A DNA stretch of 64,000 bases, from assembly GCA_002790835.1 (NCBI GenBank), contig PFVX01000079.1, forward strand, positions 3,130-67,129, in the 5' to 3' direction. The notes beneath the pieces were generated by a model. That model was not told the DNA's origin. It did not search any database and saw only the letters and a program-made list of their open reading frames with translations. The translations under genes were made by a program, and so were the position numbers. Below, piece after piece: positions 19,956-28,665 of this stretch. Source of the DNA: a bacterium CG_4_9_14_3_um_filter_65_15 (lineage in GTDB: Bacteria > Krumholzibacteriota > Krumholzibacteriia > LZORAL124-64-63). Every line of letters begins with the position of its first letter. The stretch's first letter is position 1.

Positions 19956-20347
19956 TCACCCCGCGCTATCATCGGGAAATCCCCCAGCGTTACCGGCTCG
20001 AGGCCGGCAAGTGCACGGCCTGCGGCGAGATCCATTTTCCTCCGCGCGCGGTGTGCCGCAAGTGCGCAGGCCGCGAAATGGAAACCATCGCCCTACCGCG
20101 GCGGGGCAAGGTCCTGACCCACACCACCGTGTGGATTCCGCCCGCACAGTTCGAAGAACAGAAGCCATACGTGAACGCAGTGGTTGAATTGGAAAACGGT
20201 GTCAAGTTGACCTGCATGGTTTGCGAGGCTCCGCCGGACGAGGTCACCATCGGCACCGAGGTCGAACTGGTCTTTCGCCGTCTGCAACACGGACCGGCCT
20301 GGGAAGTCATTCAGTACGGGTACAAGGCCCGGGTCATAAAGGCGTAA
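19952..20347 (+). CDS. DUF35 Zn-ribbon/OB-fold protein
   Basis: CTACG...[10 protein letters not shown] zinc ribbon plus OB-fold; IQYGYK terminus; ATGA-coupled to the thiolase. Confidence 0.9.
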   Translation: MITPRYHREIPQRYRLEAGKCTACGEIHFPPRAVCRKCAGREMETIALPRRGKVLTHTTVWIPPAQFEEQKPYVNAVVELENGVKLTCMVCEAPPDEVTIGTEVELVFRRLQHGPAWEVIQYGYKARVIKA

Positions 20348-20351
20348 TGGC

Positions 20352-21056
20352 ATGGGCAAGGGCAGGTACAAGGGCCGCCGCGCGGCGGCCTTTGTCTTCG
20401 ATCTGGACGGAACGCTGATCGATTCGGGTGAGGACATCGCCCGGTCGGCGAATTTCGTGCGCGGTCATTTCTCCCTGCCCGAACTGCCGTTGCCGACGGT
20501 GATCGGTTTCGTCGGGGACGGCGTGGAGATGCTGATGCGCCGCGCCCTGGGGCACGAAACCAAAAGCGGAAATCCCGATCTGCCCGTGGCCCCGGAGCGT
20601 CTGCAGGATGCCCTCTCCGTCTTTCGCGACCACTACGGTCGCCACCTGCTCGATCATACCCGCCTTTATCCGGGGGTCCTGGAGGTGCTCATGCGCTTCC
20701 GCGCCTTTCCCCTGCTGCTGGCCACCAACAAGCCACGCGAATTCACCGACCCGATCCTGGCCGGCCTGGGTATTCGCGACGCCTTTGCCCGCATCATCGC
20801 CGGCGACGAGACTCCCGCCCGCAAACCGGATCCCGAGCATTTGCGCCGGGTCCTGGAGGGGACCCCCGTGGCCTGCGAGGAAGTCGTGGTGGTGGGGGAC
20901 AGCCCCAACGACATCGCCGCCGCTCACGGCCTCGGCGCCGTGGCCGTTGGCTGCACCTATGGTCTGGTGGAGCCGGGCCGGATCCGGGTGGCCGGGCCGG
21001 ATCTGCTGATTGACAGCATCGGGGAGCTGTCGGCCCTATTCCCATCCAGAGCTTAA
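20352..21056 (+). CDS. HAD-superfamily hydrolase (phosphoglycolate phosphatase-like)
   Basis: FDLDGTLIDS, TNK, RKPDP, VGDSPND. Confidence 0.88.
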   Translation: MGKGRYKGRRAAAFVFDLDGTLIDSGEDIARSANFVRGHFSLPELPLPTVIGFVGDGVEMLMRRALGHETKSGNPDLPVAPERLQDALSVFRDHYGRHLLDHTRLYPGVLEVLMRFRAFPLLLATNKPREFTDPILAGLGIRDAFARIIAGDETPARKPDPEHLRRVLEGTPVACEEVVVVGDSPNDIAAAHGLGAVAVGCTYGLVEPGRIRVAGPDLLIDSIGELSALFPSRA

Positions 21057-21160
21057 CTCATTGAAATTGTTATAAATAAACGATTTTGAATACGGGTTTA
21101 TCACTTATTGAAAAATAAATTCAATTTCATCTTTAATGTTACCCCATTAATCAGGTATGC
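21057..21160. promoter_or_regulatory. AT-rich intergenic/promoter region with a palindrome
   Basis: Strongly AT-rich in a GC-rich window; ATTGAA-N7-TTCAAT at 21107-21125. Confidence 0.55.
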
Positions 21161-21225
21161 TTTCTTACGCAATCGTGTCGGTGGGGAATTGGCGGTGGGG
21201 CTTCTCAACTTCCGGAGAGATTTCG

Positions 21226-22167
21226 ATGCGGAATGAGGCGGCCTATTTGGCGAATCCTGAGGGGTCTCGGCTCATCCGGGCGATTACCCATCTGGTGGTG
21301 TGGTTGCCCGCTGCGGGCGCCCTTGCCGGCTTGGGATTAGCCCTGACGCGGGGTGTCAGCGGCTACGCGTGGGTTTCCCTGTTGGTGATGTATGTGCTGA
21401 CGGTCACCGGTGTCGAACTGGGGCTGCACCGCTACGTTTCCCACCACGCCTTTCGGGCGCATCCGGTGGTGGAATTCTTCCTGGTGACATTCGGCTCCAT
21501 GGCCGCCCAGGGGGGACCGCTCTACTGGGCGTCGACCCATCGCCGCCATCACGCCTTTTCCGATCGCCCGGGCGACCCGCATTCCCCGCACCTCAGCGGT
21601 GGGGGGCCGCGCGGTTGCCTGACGGGAATGCTGCACGCGCACATGGGATGGTTGTTCCAGCCGGTGCATTCGGATTGGCTGCGCTACGTTCCCGACCTGA
21701 TCAAGGATTCGCGGTTGTTCACCCTGCACAGGTTGTATTTTCTCTGGATCGCGCTGGGCGTGTTGCTTCCGGCGGCCGTGGGTTTGATCTGGACACAAAG
21801 CTTGTATGGCGCGCTGGAAGGCCTCTTGTGGGGCGGATTGGGGAGGATCTTCCTGGTGCATCATGCCGTGTGGGGAGTCAATTCCCTGTGCCACGTGTTC
21901 GGCAGCCGACCCTTCGCCACCCGGGAACAAAGCCGCAACCTGGCCTGGATGGCCCTGCCTTCCCTGGGCGGAGCCTGGCACAACAACCACCACGCCTTTC
22001 CCCGCACGGCCGACAACCGGCTGCGCTGGTGGCAGTTCGATTTCTGCGGCATGGTCGCGCGGATCCTGGAGCGCACGGGACTGATCCGGGACGTCCACTA
22101 TGCCGATCCCGAATCCTTCGTTGCCGTCCCCTCGTCTCAAAAACCACCTGTGGCTATGGAGGGATGA
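21226..22167 (+). CDS. Membrane-bound fatty acid desaturase 1 (Delta9-like/JamB-like)
   Basis: His boxes HRYVSH, HRRHH and HNNHH; DPHSP; GGAG RBS upstream of ATG 21226. Confidence 0.88.
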   Translation: MRNEAAYLANPEGSRLIRAITHLVVWLPAAGALAGLGLALTRGVSGYAWVSLLVMYVLTVTGVELGLHRYVSHHAFRAHPVVEFFLVTFGSMAAQGGPLYWASTHRRHHAFSDRPGDPHSPHLSGGGPRGCLTGMLHAHMGWLFQPVHSDWLRYVPDLIKDSRLFTLHRLYFLWIALGVLLPAAVGLIWTQSLYGALEGLLWGGLGRIFLVHHAVWGVNSLCHVFGSRPFATREQSRNLAWMALPSLGGAWHNNHHAFPRTADNRLRWWQFDFCGMVARILERTGLIRDVHYADPESFVAVPSSQKPPVAMEG

Positions 22168-22168
22168 C

Positions 22169-23164
22169 ATGACCAACCCCGACCTCGCCGTCCCCTTGGA
22201 CGACACCCCTTACACCGTTGCCGGCTCCGCCGAACGCCGCCGGTTGCGCCTCATTGCCGGCGCCGTCGTGGTGGTGCCGCTGCTCGGCACGCTCCTGGCG
22301 GTGTGGCTCGCGGTAACAGGGGGCCTCGGCGCCCTGGAGATCTGGTCCTTCGCCATCGGTTATGCGCTGACCCTGATGGGCATCACCGTGGGGTTCCACC
22401 GGCACTTCGCCCATCGTTCCTTCCTCGCCGGACCGGCGATGCGGGTGGTGCTGGCAACCCTGGGTTCCATGGCCGGGCAAGGCCCACTCATCTGGTGGGT
22501 GGCCACCCACCGGCGGCATCACCGCTTGAGCGATCGCGACGGCGATCCCCATTCCCCGCAACTCGCTTCCGGGCGGGGTCCGCTGCGGGCTCTCAAGGGA
22601 TTCTGGCAGGGGCACATCGCCTGGATGTTCTCCGACCGCATCAGCAACTGGAGCCTGTTTGCCCGCGACATGCTGGGGGACCGGCTGGTGGTGCGGATGC
22701 ATCAACTCTACTTCCCGATCTTCCTGCTGGGGATCATCCTGCCGGCGGCGATCGGCGGCCTCGTGACCGGTACCTGGAACGGGGTCCTGATGGGTTTCCT
22801 GTGGGGCGGACTGGTCAGGATCTTCGCCGTCGACCACGTGCTGTGGTGCGTGGGTTCGATCTGCCACATGATCGGTTTGCGCCCCTTCCGGGCGCGCACG
22901 CGCGATCACAGCACCAACAACCTGGCGGTGGCCTTTTTCGGTTTCGGCGAAGGCCTGCAGAACAACCATCACGCCTTTCCTCGCGACGCCTACCACGGTT
23001 TTCGCTGGTACGAGCCCGACCTGGGCGCCGGGACCATCCGGCTGCTGAGCCGGGTGGGACTGGTCTGGGACGTGGTGGCGACTCCGTCCCACGCCTGGAA
23101 ACTGGCCGAGGACCGCAACCGGGAAAATCCCGACCGGGCGGACCGCAGGCAGGGCGCGGCTTGA
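22169..23164 (+). CDS. Membrane-bound fatty acid desaturase/acetylenase 2
   Basis: His boxes HRHFAH, HRRHH and QNNHH; DPHSP. Confidence 0.88.
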   Translation: MTNPDLAVPLDDTPYTVAGSAERRRLRLIAGAVVVVPLLGTLLAVWLAVTGGLGALEIWSFAIGYALTLMGITVGFHRHFAHRSFLAGPAMRVVLATLGSMAGQGPLIWWVATHRRHHRLSDRDGDPHSPQLASGRGPLRALKGFWQGHIAWMFSDRISNWSLFARDMLGDRLVVRMHQLYFPIFLLGIILPAAIGGLVTGTWNGVLMGFLWGGLVRIFAVDHVLWCVGSICHMIGLRPFRARTRDHSTNNLAVAFFGFGEGLQNNHHAFPRDAYHGFRWYEPDLGAGTIRLLSRVGLVWDVVATPSHAWKLAEDRNRENPDRADRRQGAA

Positions 23165-23199
23165 GCGACACCTCCCAAGGACCGAATGGAGAATGACTG

Positions 23200-23538
23200 A
23201 TGTGGAAGAAAATGTTGACCCTGGTGGGCCTGAAGCCCCGGACATCGGACGTGGTCTTTGCGCGTCCCCCGGCCAATGAGCAGGAGGTCCGGGCGGGCCT
23301 GACGGCCGCGGTGGCCAAACGGGCCGGGCTGGATGCGGGCGGACTGGATCCCGAGCGCACCTTCGCCCAGCTGGGCTTCGATTCCCTGCAGGCCATGAAA
23401 TTCACCGGAAACCTTGAGAAGGATCTGGGTCTCGAGCTCGACCCCACCCTGATGTGGGATCATCCCACGGTCGCCAAGTTGACCGCCTACCTGACCGAGC
23501 GTCTGGACTTTGCCGCCGGGCGGAGGTCCATCGCGTGA
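23200..23538 (+). CDS. Acyl carrier protein
   Basis: GFDSL phosphopantetheine site; LELDPTLMWDHPT motif of PKS/JamC-type ACPs. Confidence 0.9.
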   Translation: MWKKMLTLVGLKPRTSDVVFARPPANEQEVRAGLTAAVAKRAGLDAGGLDPERTFAQLGFDSLQAMKFTGNLEKDLGLELDPTLMWDHPTVAKLTAYLTERLDFAAGRRSIA

Positions 23539-25307
23539 AGGAACCTGCCGCCGTGTCCGGTCTTCAGGTCGGTGCCTCCGACCTGGGAGAGGTCCTGAGG
23601 CTGAGGTCGGAGGCCCACGGCGATCGATTGGCCTGCGCTTTCCTGCGCGACGGGGTGGACATCGCCGATTCCTGGACCTACGGCGAGTTGGACGCCCGGG
23701 CGCGCGCCATTGCCGCCCGGTTGCAGGGCCAGTTTGCTCCCGGGGACCGGCTCGTGCTGCTGTATCCGCCGGGGTTGGACTTCGTGGCGGCATTTTTCGG
23801 GTGTCTCTATGCCGGGATGATTGCGGTGCCGGCCTATCCTCCCCGTCGGGGCAAGGAGGACGTGCGAATCGTGGCCCTGGCGCATGATTGCCGTCCGGCG
23901 GGATTCCTGTCCGTGGCCGCGGGAGTGGAGGATCTCGAGGTTCTGCAGACGGCCCTGGGCGCGGGCGAGGGCGGGGTGGTGGCCACCGACGTCATCGGCG
24001 CGGACCATGCCGGAGATTTCAACCTTCGGGCCATCGACCCCGGCGCGGTGGCTTTTCTCCAGTACACGTCCGGCAGCACCGCCGCCCCCAAGGGGGTCAT
24101 GGTCACCCATGCCAACATGATGGCCAACGAATTCGCCATCCAGGCGGTGATGGAGCACGACGAGTCCCTGGTCGCCCTGGGTTGGCTGCCGGTCTTTCAC
24201 GACATGGGGCTGCTGGGCAACCTGCTGCAGCCCCTGTTTGTCGGCGGCAGCAGCATCCTGATTCCACCGTTGACCTTCCTCAAGCGTCCGCTCTGCTGGT
24301 TGGAAGCGGTGTCGAAATACGGGGCGACCTCCAGCGGGGGTCCCAACTTCGCCTTCGATCTCTGCGCCCGCCTGGCCGAGGCCCAGGGAGTGCCCAAGGG
24401 CTTGGATCTTTCCAGCTGGACGGTGGCCTACGTGGGAGCCGAACCCGTCCGCCCCGACACCCTGCGCCGCTTCGCTGCGGCCTTCAAGGGGGCCGGCTTC
24501 CGGTCGGAGGCCTACTTTCCCTGCTACGGCATGGCCGAAAGCACCCTGATCGCCACCGGCGGACCCAAGGCCCGCCCACCGGTACTTCCCCGCATCAGCA
24601 CCCGGGCCCTGCTCGAGGGGCGGGGTGAGACGCGACGGCTGCCGGGGCCGGGTTCGCGCCGGATCACCGGCTGCGGACACGCCGTTCCGCAGCACACCGT
24701 TCTGGTGGTCGACCCGGAAACCCGCGAGCCCAGCGCCGACGGGTCGGTGGGAGAAATCTGGATATCCGGCCCCAGTGTCGCGATCGGCTACTACCGCAAC
24801 CCGGAGGCCACCGAGGAGATCTTTGCCGTGCGGACAACCGACGGCCGGGGGCCTTTCCTGCGCACCGGCGACCTGGGCTTTGCCCGGGACGGGGAGTTTT
24901 TCATCACCGGTCGCTTGAAGGATATGCTGGTCATCCGGGGGCAGAACCACTACCCCAGCGACATCGAGTTGACCGTCGAGGGGGCGCACCCGGGTCTGCA
25001 GCCCAATGCGAGCGCCGCGTTTTCCACCGAGGTCGACGGCGCAGAAAGGCTCGTGGTCGCGGTGGAGATCTCCCGGATGCTGTATCAGCAGCTGGCCCGC
25101 GGCGGCGACGGCTCCGGGGAATTGCCCCTCGATGAGTTGGTCGCGGCCGTCCGCGAAAAAGTCATGGAGATCCACGAAATTCCCGTCCATCAGCTGGCGA
25201 TCCTCAAGCCGGGCGGTGTGCCCCGCACATCCAGCGGCAAGATCAGGCGCGCCGAGTGCCGGCGCCTGCACGGCGAACGAAAGCTGACCGCCCTTGCTGT
25301 CGCCTGA
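23535..25307 (+). CDS. Fatty acyl-AMP ligase (FAAL)
   Basis: FLQYTSGST..PKG, WLPVFHDMGL, GGPNFAF, PCYGMAE followed by a FAAL-type insertion, LRTGDLGF, RTSSGKIRR; GTGA overlap with the ACP gene. Confidence 0.92.
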   Translation: MKEPAAVSGLQVGASDLGEVLRLRSEAHGDRLACAFLRDGVDIADSWTYGELDARARAIAARLQGQFAPGDRLVLLYPPGLDFVAAFFGCLYAGMIAVPAYPPRRGKEDVRIVALAHDCRPAGFLSVAAGVEDLEVLQTALGAGEGGVVATDVIGADHAGDFNLRAIDPGAVAFLQYTSGSTAAPKGVMVTHANMMANEFAIQAVMEHDESLVALGWLPVFHDMGLLGNLLQPLFVGGSSILIPPLTFLKRPLCWLEAVSKYGATSSGGPNFAFDLCARLAEAQGVPKGLDLSSWTVAYVGAEPVRPDTLRRFAAAFKGAGFRSEAYFPCYGMAESTLIATGGPKARPPVLPRISTRALLEGRGETRRLPGPGSRRITGCGHAVPQHTVLVVDPETREPSADGSVGEIWISGPSVAIGYYRNPEATEEIFAVRTTDGRGPFLRTGDLGFARDGEFFITGRLKDMLVIRGQNHYPSDIELTVEGAHPGLQPNASAAFSTEVDGAERLVVAVEISRMLYQQLARGGDGSGELPLDELVAAVREKVMEIHEIPVHQLAILKPGGVPRTSSGKIRRAECRRLHGERKLTALAVA

Positions 25308-26436
25308 AGCAGCCCCTGTTCCTCCCGCAACGGGCAGCTACGCCGTGCGGCGCTTTCGGCCCGCCGACCAGCCCGCCCTGATCGCCTTGCTGGGTGACGT
25401 GTGGGGCGAAGATTTCGCCCGCCTCATGGAGCGGATCTGGAGCTGGAAGTACGACCGCAACCCCCACAATCCTCCGGGCGGGCACAACTCCATGGTCTTG
25501 ACCTGGGCGGAAGAGCCGGTGGGCTTTCTGGGCATGATGTCGGCCAACCTGAAGGTGGCCGACCAGGTCGTGCCCCTGGCCTGGGGATCGGAACTGGCCG
25601 TGCATCCCCGGCATCGGGGCGAAGGCTACCGGGTTATCGTGAACATCGGCACCGACGCGGAAAAGCTCATCGCGGGAACGGCCCGCACGCGGGATCTGGC
25701 CGGACTGCCCCTGGGCTTCGGCGCCTTCGATATCACCCGCATGATCAGCCACAAGCTGATCCTGCGGCCACGGCGATTCCTGGCAGCCAAGGCCGGAGGG
25801 GGGTGGGCGGCGGCGCTGGGAGCTCCGCTGGTGGGTTGGGCGGTCGCCTTGGCGCAGAAGCTCGGGCCCGGACGCCGGACTCCGGCCGTGGAATTGGAGG
25901 AAGTCGAGGACTTCGGACCGGAGTTCGATATCCTGTGGGAGAATGTGGCGCCGGGTTACCCGCTGATCCCGGTGCGGGACCGGGCCTTCCTGCAGTGGCG
26001 TTTCCGGGAGTGCCCGATTCGCGACCACACCGTGCTGGCGGTCCGCAGACTGGGAGTCCTGCACGGTTACGTCGTCTACAGGTTGGAAGGTGAACCGGGA
26101 TTGCGCCGGGCCTACATCGTGGATATGCTGGCCGGCCGGGACGATGCCGCTACCTGGGACCTGCTGCTGGGGGGTGTCGAGGCTCATTGCCGCGCAGCCG
26201 GCGCGGACATCCTGACCTTTACCATGTCCGCATCGTGGGATCTGGGCACTTCCCTGCGCCGGCGCGGATACCTTTTCCGTTCGCCACGGGCCTGGATCAC
26301 GGGCCACACCGGTTGCAAACCGGAGTATGCCCATCTGCGAGAGGGCCTGGAGCACAGCACAGGCCTGGTGATGACCCGGGCCGACACGGACCTGGACTTC
26401 AACTACTGGGGGTTGCGCGATGAAGGCCGGGAGTAA
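25294..26436 (+). CDS. GNAT-fold (tandem domain) acyltransferase
   Basis: LAVHPRHRGEG acyl-donor motif; second domain with RDRAFLQWRF and YIVDML; overlaps both neighbours. Confidence 0.7.
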   Translation: MLSPEAAPVPPATGSYAVRRFRPADQPALIALLGDVWGEDFARLMERIWSWKYDRNPHNPPGGHNSMVLTWAEEPVGFLGMMSANLKVADQVVPLAWGSELAVHPRHRGEGYRVIVNIGTDAEKLIAGTARTRDLAGLPLGFGAFDITRMISHKLILRPRRFLAAKAGGGWAAALGAPLVGWAVALAQKLGPGRRTPAVELEEVEDFGPEFDILWENVAPGYPLIPVRDRAFLQWRFRECPIRDHTVLAVRRLGVLHGYVVYRLEGEPGLRRAYIVDMLAGRDDAATWDLLLGGVEAHCRAAGADILTFTMSASWDLGTSLRRRGYLFRSPRAWITGHTGCKPEYAHLREGLEHSTGLVMTRADTDLDFNYWGLRDEGRE

Positions 26437-27304
26437 CCCAACGCCTCGGCCGGTGGCCTTCGTCCACATCCCCAAGGCGGCCGGCACCACACTGCACGGG
26501 ATCCTTGCGCGCCAGTATCCGGCGGCTCACACGCTGATCCTGGACGTTCAGCGCCCCGAGTACCGCCGGAATCTGGACGGCATCACCGAGCAGCAATGGG
26601 CGTCGGCCCTCTGTCTGCGGGGCCACATGCCCTTCGGCATGCACCGCCGAACGGAACGGGAATTCGCCTACGTCACCGTGCTTCGCGATCCGGTCACCCG
26701 CATCATTTCCAAGTACCGCAACCTGCAGCGCCGGCCCGAGCGGGCGCGGGAGATGGCCTTCCCGCCCGATCGCCTGGAAACGCTGGAGGACTTCATCGCC
26801 CTGCAGGGCGAACGCAACGCCCTGAATTTCCAGACGCGAATGCTGGCGGGTTGGGTCGAACCCGACGCCCCCCTGTTTCCCTATGCGCAGCCCCTGCCGG
26901 ATGAAGCGCTGGATCTGGCCAAGGCCAACATCGAAAAGCACTTCGCCGTGGTGGGGCTGCAGGAACGCTTCGCCGAATCGGTGGCCCTGATGCAGCTTGC
27001 GCTGGGGTGGCGGCAAGTGGGGATTCCGCGGCGCAACGCCGCCCCCGCTGCGGCGGACCGGTACGATTTGGCCGTGCACGATGAGATCCGGAAACTCAAC
27101 CATCTGGACCAGGCCCTGGTGGCTTATGCGGCCAAGCGGCTGGATGAGCAGATCGCCGCCGAGGGGGAGGATTTTGAGCGCGCCTTGCAGGGGATCAAGA
27201 GCCGGAGTCGGGTCGCGGACAACCTGCAGAACTTGGTCCGCGGCTCGGGTCTGAGGCGCGTCGGTTCCCTGGTCAGGAAATGGCGCGTCAGAACTTCCGG
27301 GTGA
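26420..27304 (+). CDS. PAPS-dependent sulfotransferase (family 2-like)
   Basis: FVHIPKAAGTT (5'-PSB), LRDPVTRIISKY (3'-PB), VGLQERF, NHLDQAL. Confidence 0.85.
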   Translation: MKAGSNPTPRPVAFVHIPKAAGTTLHGILARQYPAAHTLILDVQRPEYRRNLDGITEQQWASALCLRGHMPFGMHRRTEREFAYVTVLRDPVTRIISKYRNLQRRPERAREMAFPPDRLETLEDFIALQGERNALNFQTRMLAGWVEPDAPLFPYAQPLPDEALDLAKANIEKHFAVVGLQERFAESVALMQLALGWRQVGIPRRNAAPAAADRYDLAVHDEIRKLNHLDQALVAYAAKRLDEQIAAEGEDFERALQGIKSRSRVADNLQNLVRGSGLRRVGSLVRKWRVRTSG

Positions 27305-28493
27305 TCGTCACGACGGAATAACCTTCCCGGTTTCCCATCATGAGACCCTCGCCGGCCAGGCCGGGATTCAACGCTGCGGTGTCGTTGTAGGTCAGGTCGA
27401 CCGTCAAGGGTCCATGCCGCCAGGCCAGTCCGAGCGACAAGGGAGTGGCCACCGAAATGTTGAGAATCGATTCCTTGTCGTCCAGCCCCTCGCCGGTGGC
27501 CGCGAAAGCCTTGCGCTCGATTTCTTCGTGGTGGCGCAGGTATTGGGCCGCCATTCTCACGGTCAAGCATTCCATCAGGTCCGATTCCAACCCCAAACGT
27601 CCCCGGATCTGGTGGAAGTCCTGCGCGCTCGCGTCCCAGACAGCTTCCTGGGTGCTTCCTTCCCGCAGCGCCCAGTTCTGACTTCCTCGACGATACTCGC
27701 CGCTGATGATGATCAAGGCGCCATCGGGCCTGTAGAGGTTCACGCCCAACCCGAGGGTTGTCACGGCGGCATCCTGATCCGCCGGGTCCCCCAGGAGATC
27801 CGAGTAGTACCCTCCCTGGCGGCGGGTCCGGGAGAGCACGGGCACCAGGGTCAAGTCCTCGCCGAGTCGTCCGCGCAAGCGGAGCCTCAAGCCGTATGAC
27901 TTCCAGGTATCGGAGGATACGCCGCCGGCGGTGTGAGGGAAATCGGTCATGGTGTTGATGATCTCGCCGGCCAGTTCGGCCTCCCAGACATCGTTCAACC
28001 GCCGACCGAGACCGAGACCGTAGGTATGGAAGTACTGGCCGTCGACGACGATGTCGCCGCCGGAGACGGCGCGGAATTTCCCGAAGGTGGTGAAGCGGCC
28101 CGCCACGCCCAGGCGCCAGGCACCGAGGCGACGGCTGTAGAGCAGGGCGAAGGCCCCGTCATCGTCGGCCTTGTCCAGGTGGTCCTGGAAATAGAAGGCG
28201 ACCGTGCCGGCATTGCCGGTGCCGTTCAACCGCACATGGGCCCCGCCACCGTGCCCCAGCCAGCCCATGGCGCTGAGAGCCCGGTCCTTGTTGTGCACGA
28301 CATCCCCTGGCTCCAGGACGAGCCGATCGGGGTAGCGCTCCAGGCTGGCGTACCACTGCAGGACGTTTGCGGAGTCCAGGAAGTAGGCGCCGTCCCCGCC
28401 GAGGGCCACCGAGCGCGCGGTACCGGCGTCGGCGGAAGGGGCGCCCATCAGGATGAAACCGCAAAGGAGCAGGAAGAATCGGGTTTGGCGCAT
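27288..28493 (-). CDS. Putative outer-membrane beta-barrel protein
   Basis: Signal peptide, alternating amphipathic strands and C-terminal Phe; no family recognised. Confidence 0.6.
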   Translation of the reverse strand: MRQTRFFLLLCGFILMGAPSADAGTARSVALGGDGAYFLDSANVLQWYASLERYPDRLVLEPGDVVHNKDRALSAMGWLGHGGGAHVRLNGTGNAGTVAFYFQDHLDKADDDGAFALLYSRRLGAWRLGVAGRFTTFGKFRAVSGGDIVVDGQYFHTYGLGLGRRLNDVWEAELAGEIINTMTDFPHTAGGVSSDTWKSYGLRLRLRGRLGEDLTLVPVLSRTRRQGGYYSDLLGDPADQDAAVTTLGLGVNLYRPDGALIIISGEYRRGSQNWALREGSTQEAVWDASAQDFHQIRGRLGLESDLMECLTVRMAAQYLRHHEEIERKAFAATGEGLDDKESILNISVATPLSLGLAWRHGPLTVDLTYNDTAALNPGLAGEGLMMGNREGYSVVTITRKF

Positions 28494-28665
28494 CGTAGGG
28501 TTCCGTATCCGGGGTCTTGGTTAAAGGTTCGATTGGCGCTGATCCTGATGGTTTGCCGATACCGCGTCAATGGCAAAACCGGAGTCGGCTGGGTTTGGCT
28601 ACGGTCGAGGGTGTGTGGTAGACTGCCGGTGATGCGACAGAATCCGTCCACCCCGGAGAACACCC

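Noticed and set aside
17734..20347. Interpretation as a PhlABC/DAPG cluster
   Set aside because: There is no type III PKS nearby, and the HMGS-like protein keeps its catalytic Cys, which favours HMG-CoA synthesis
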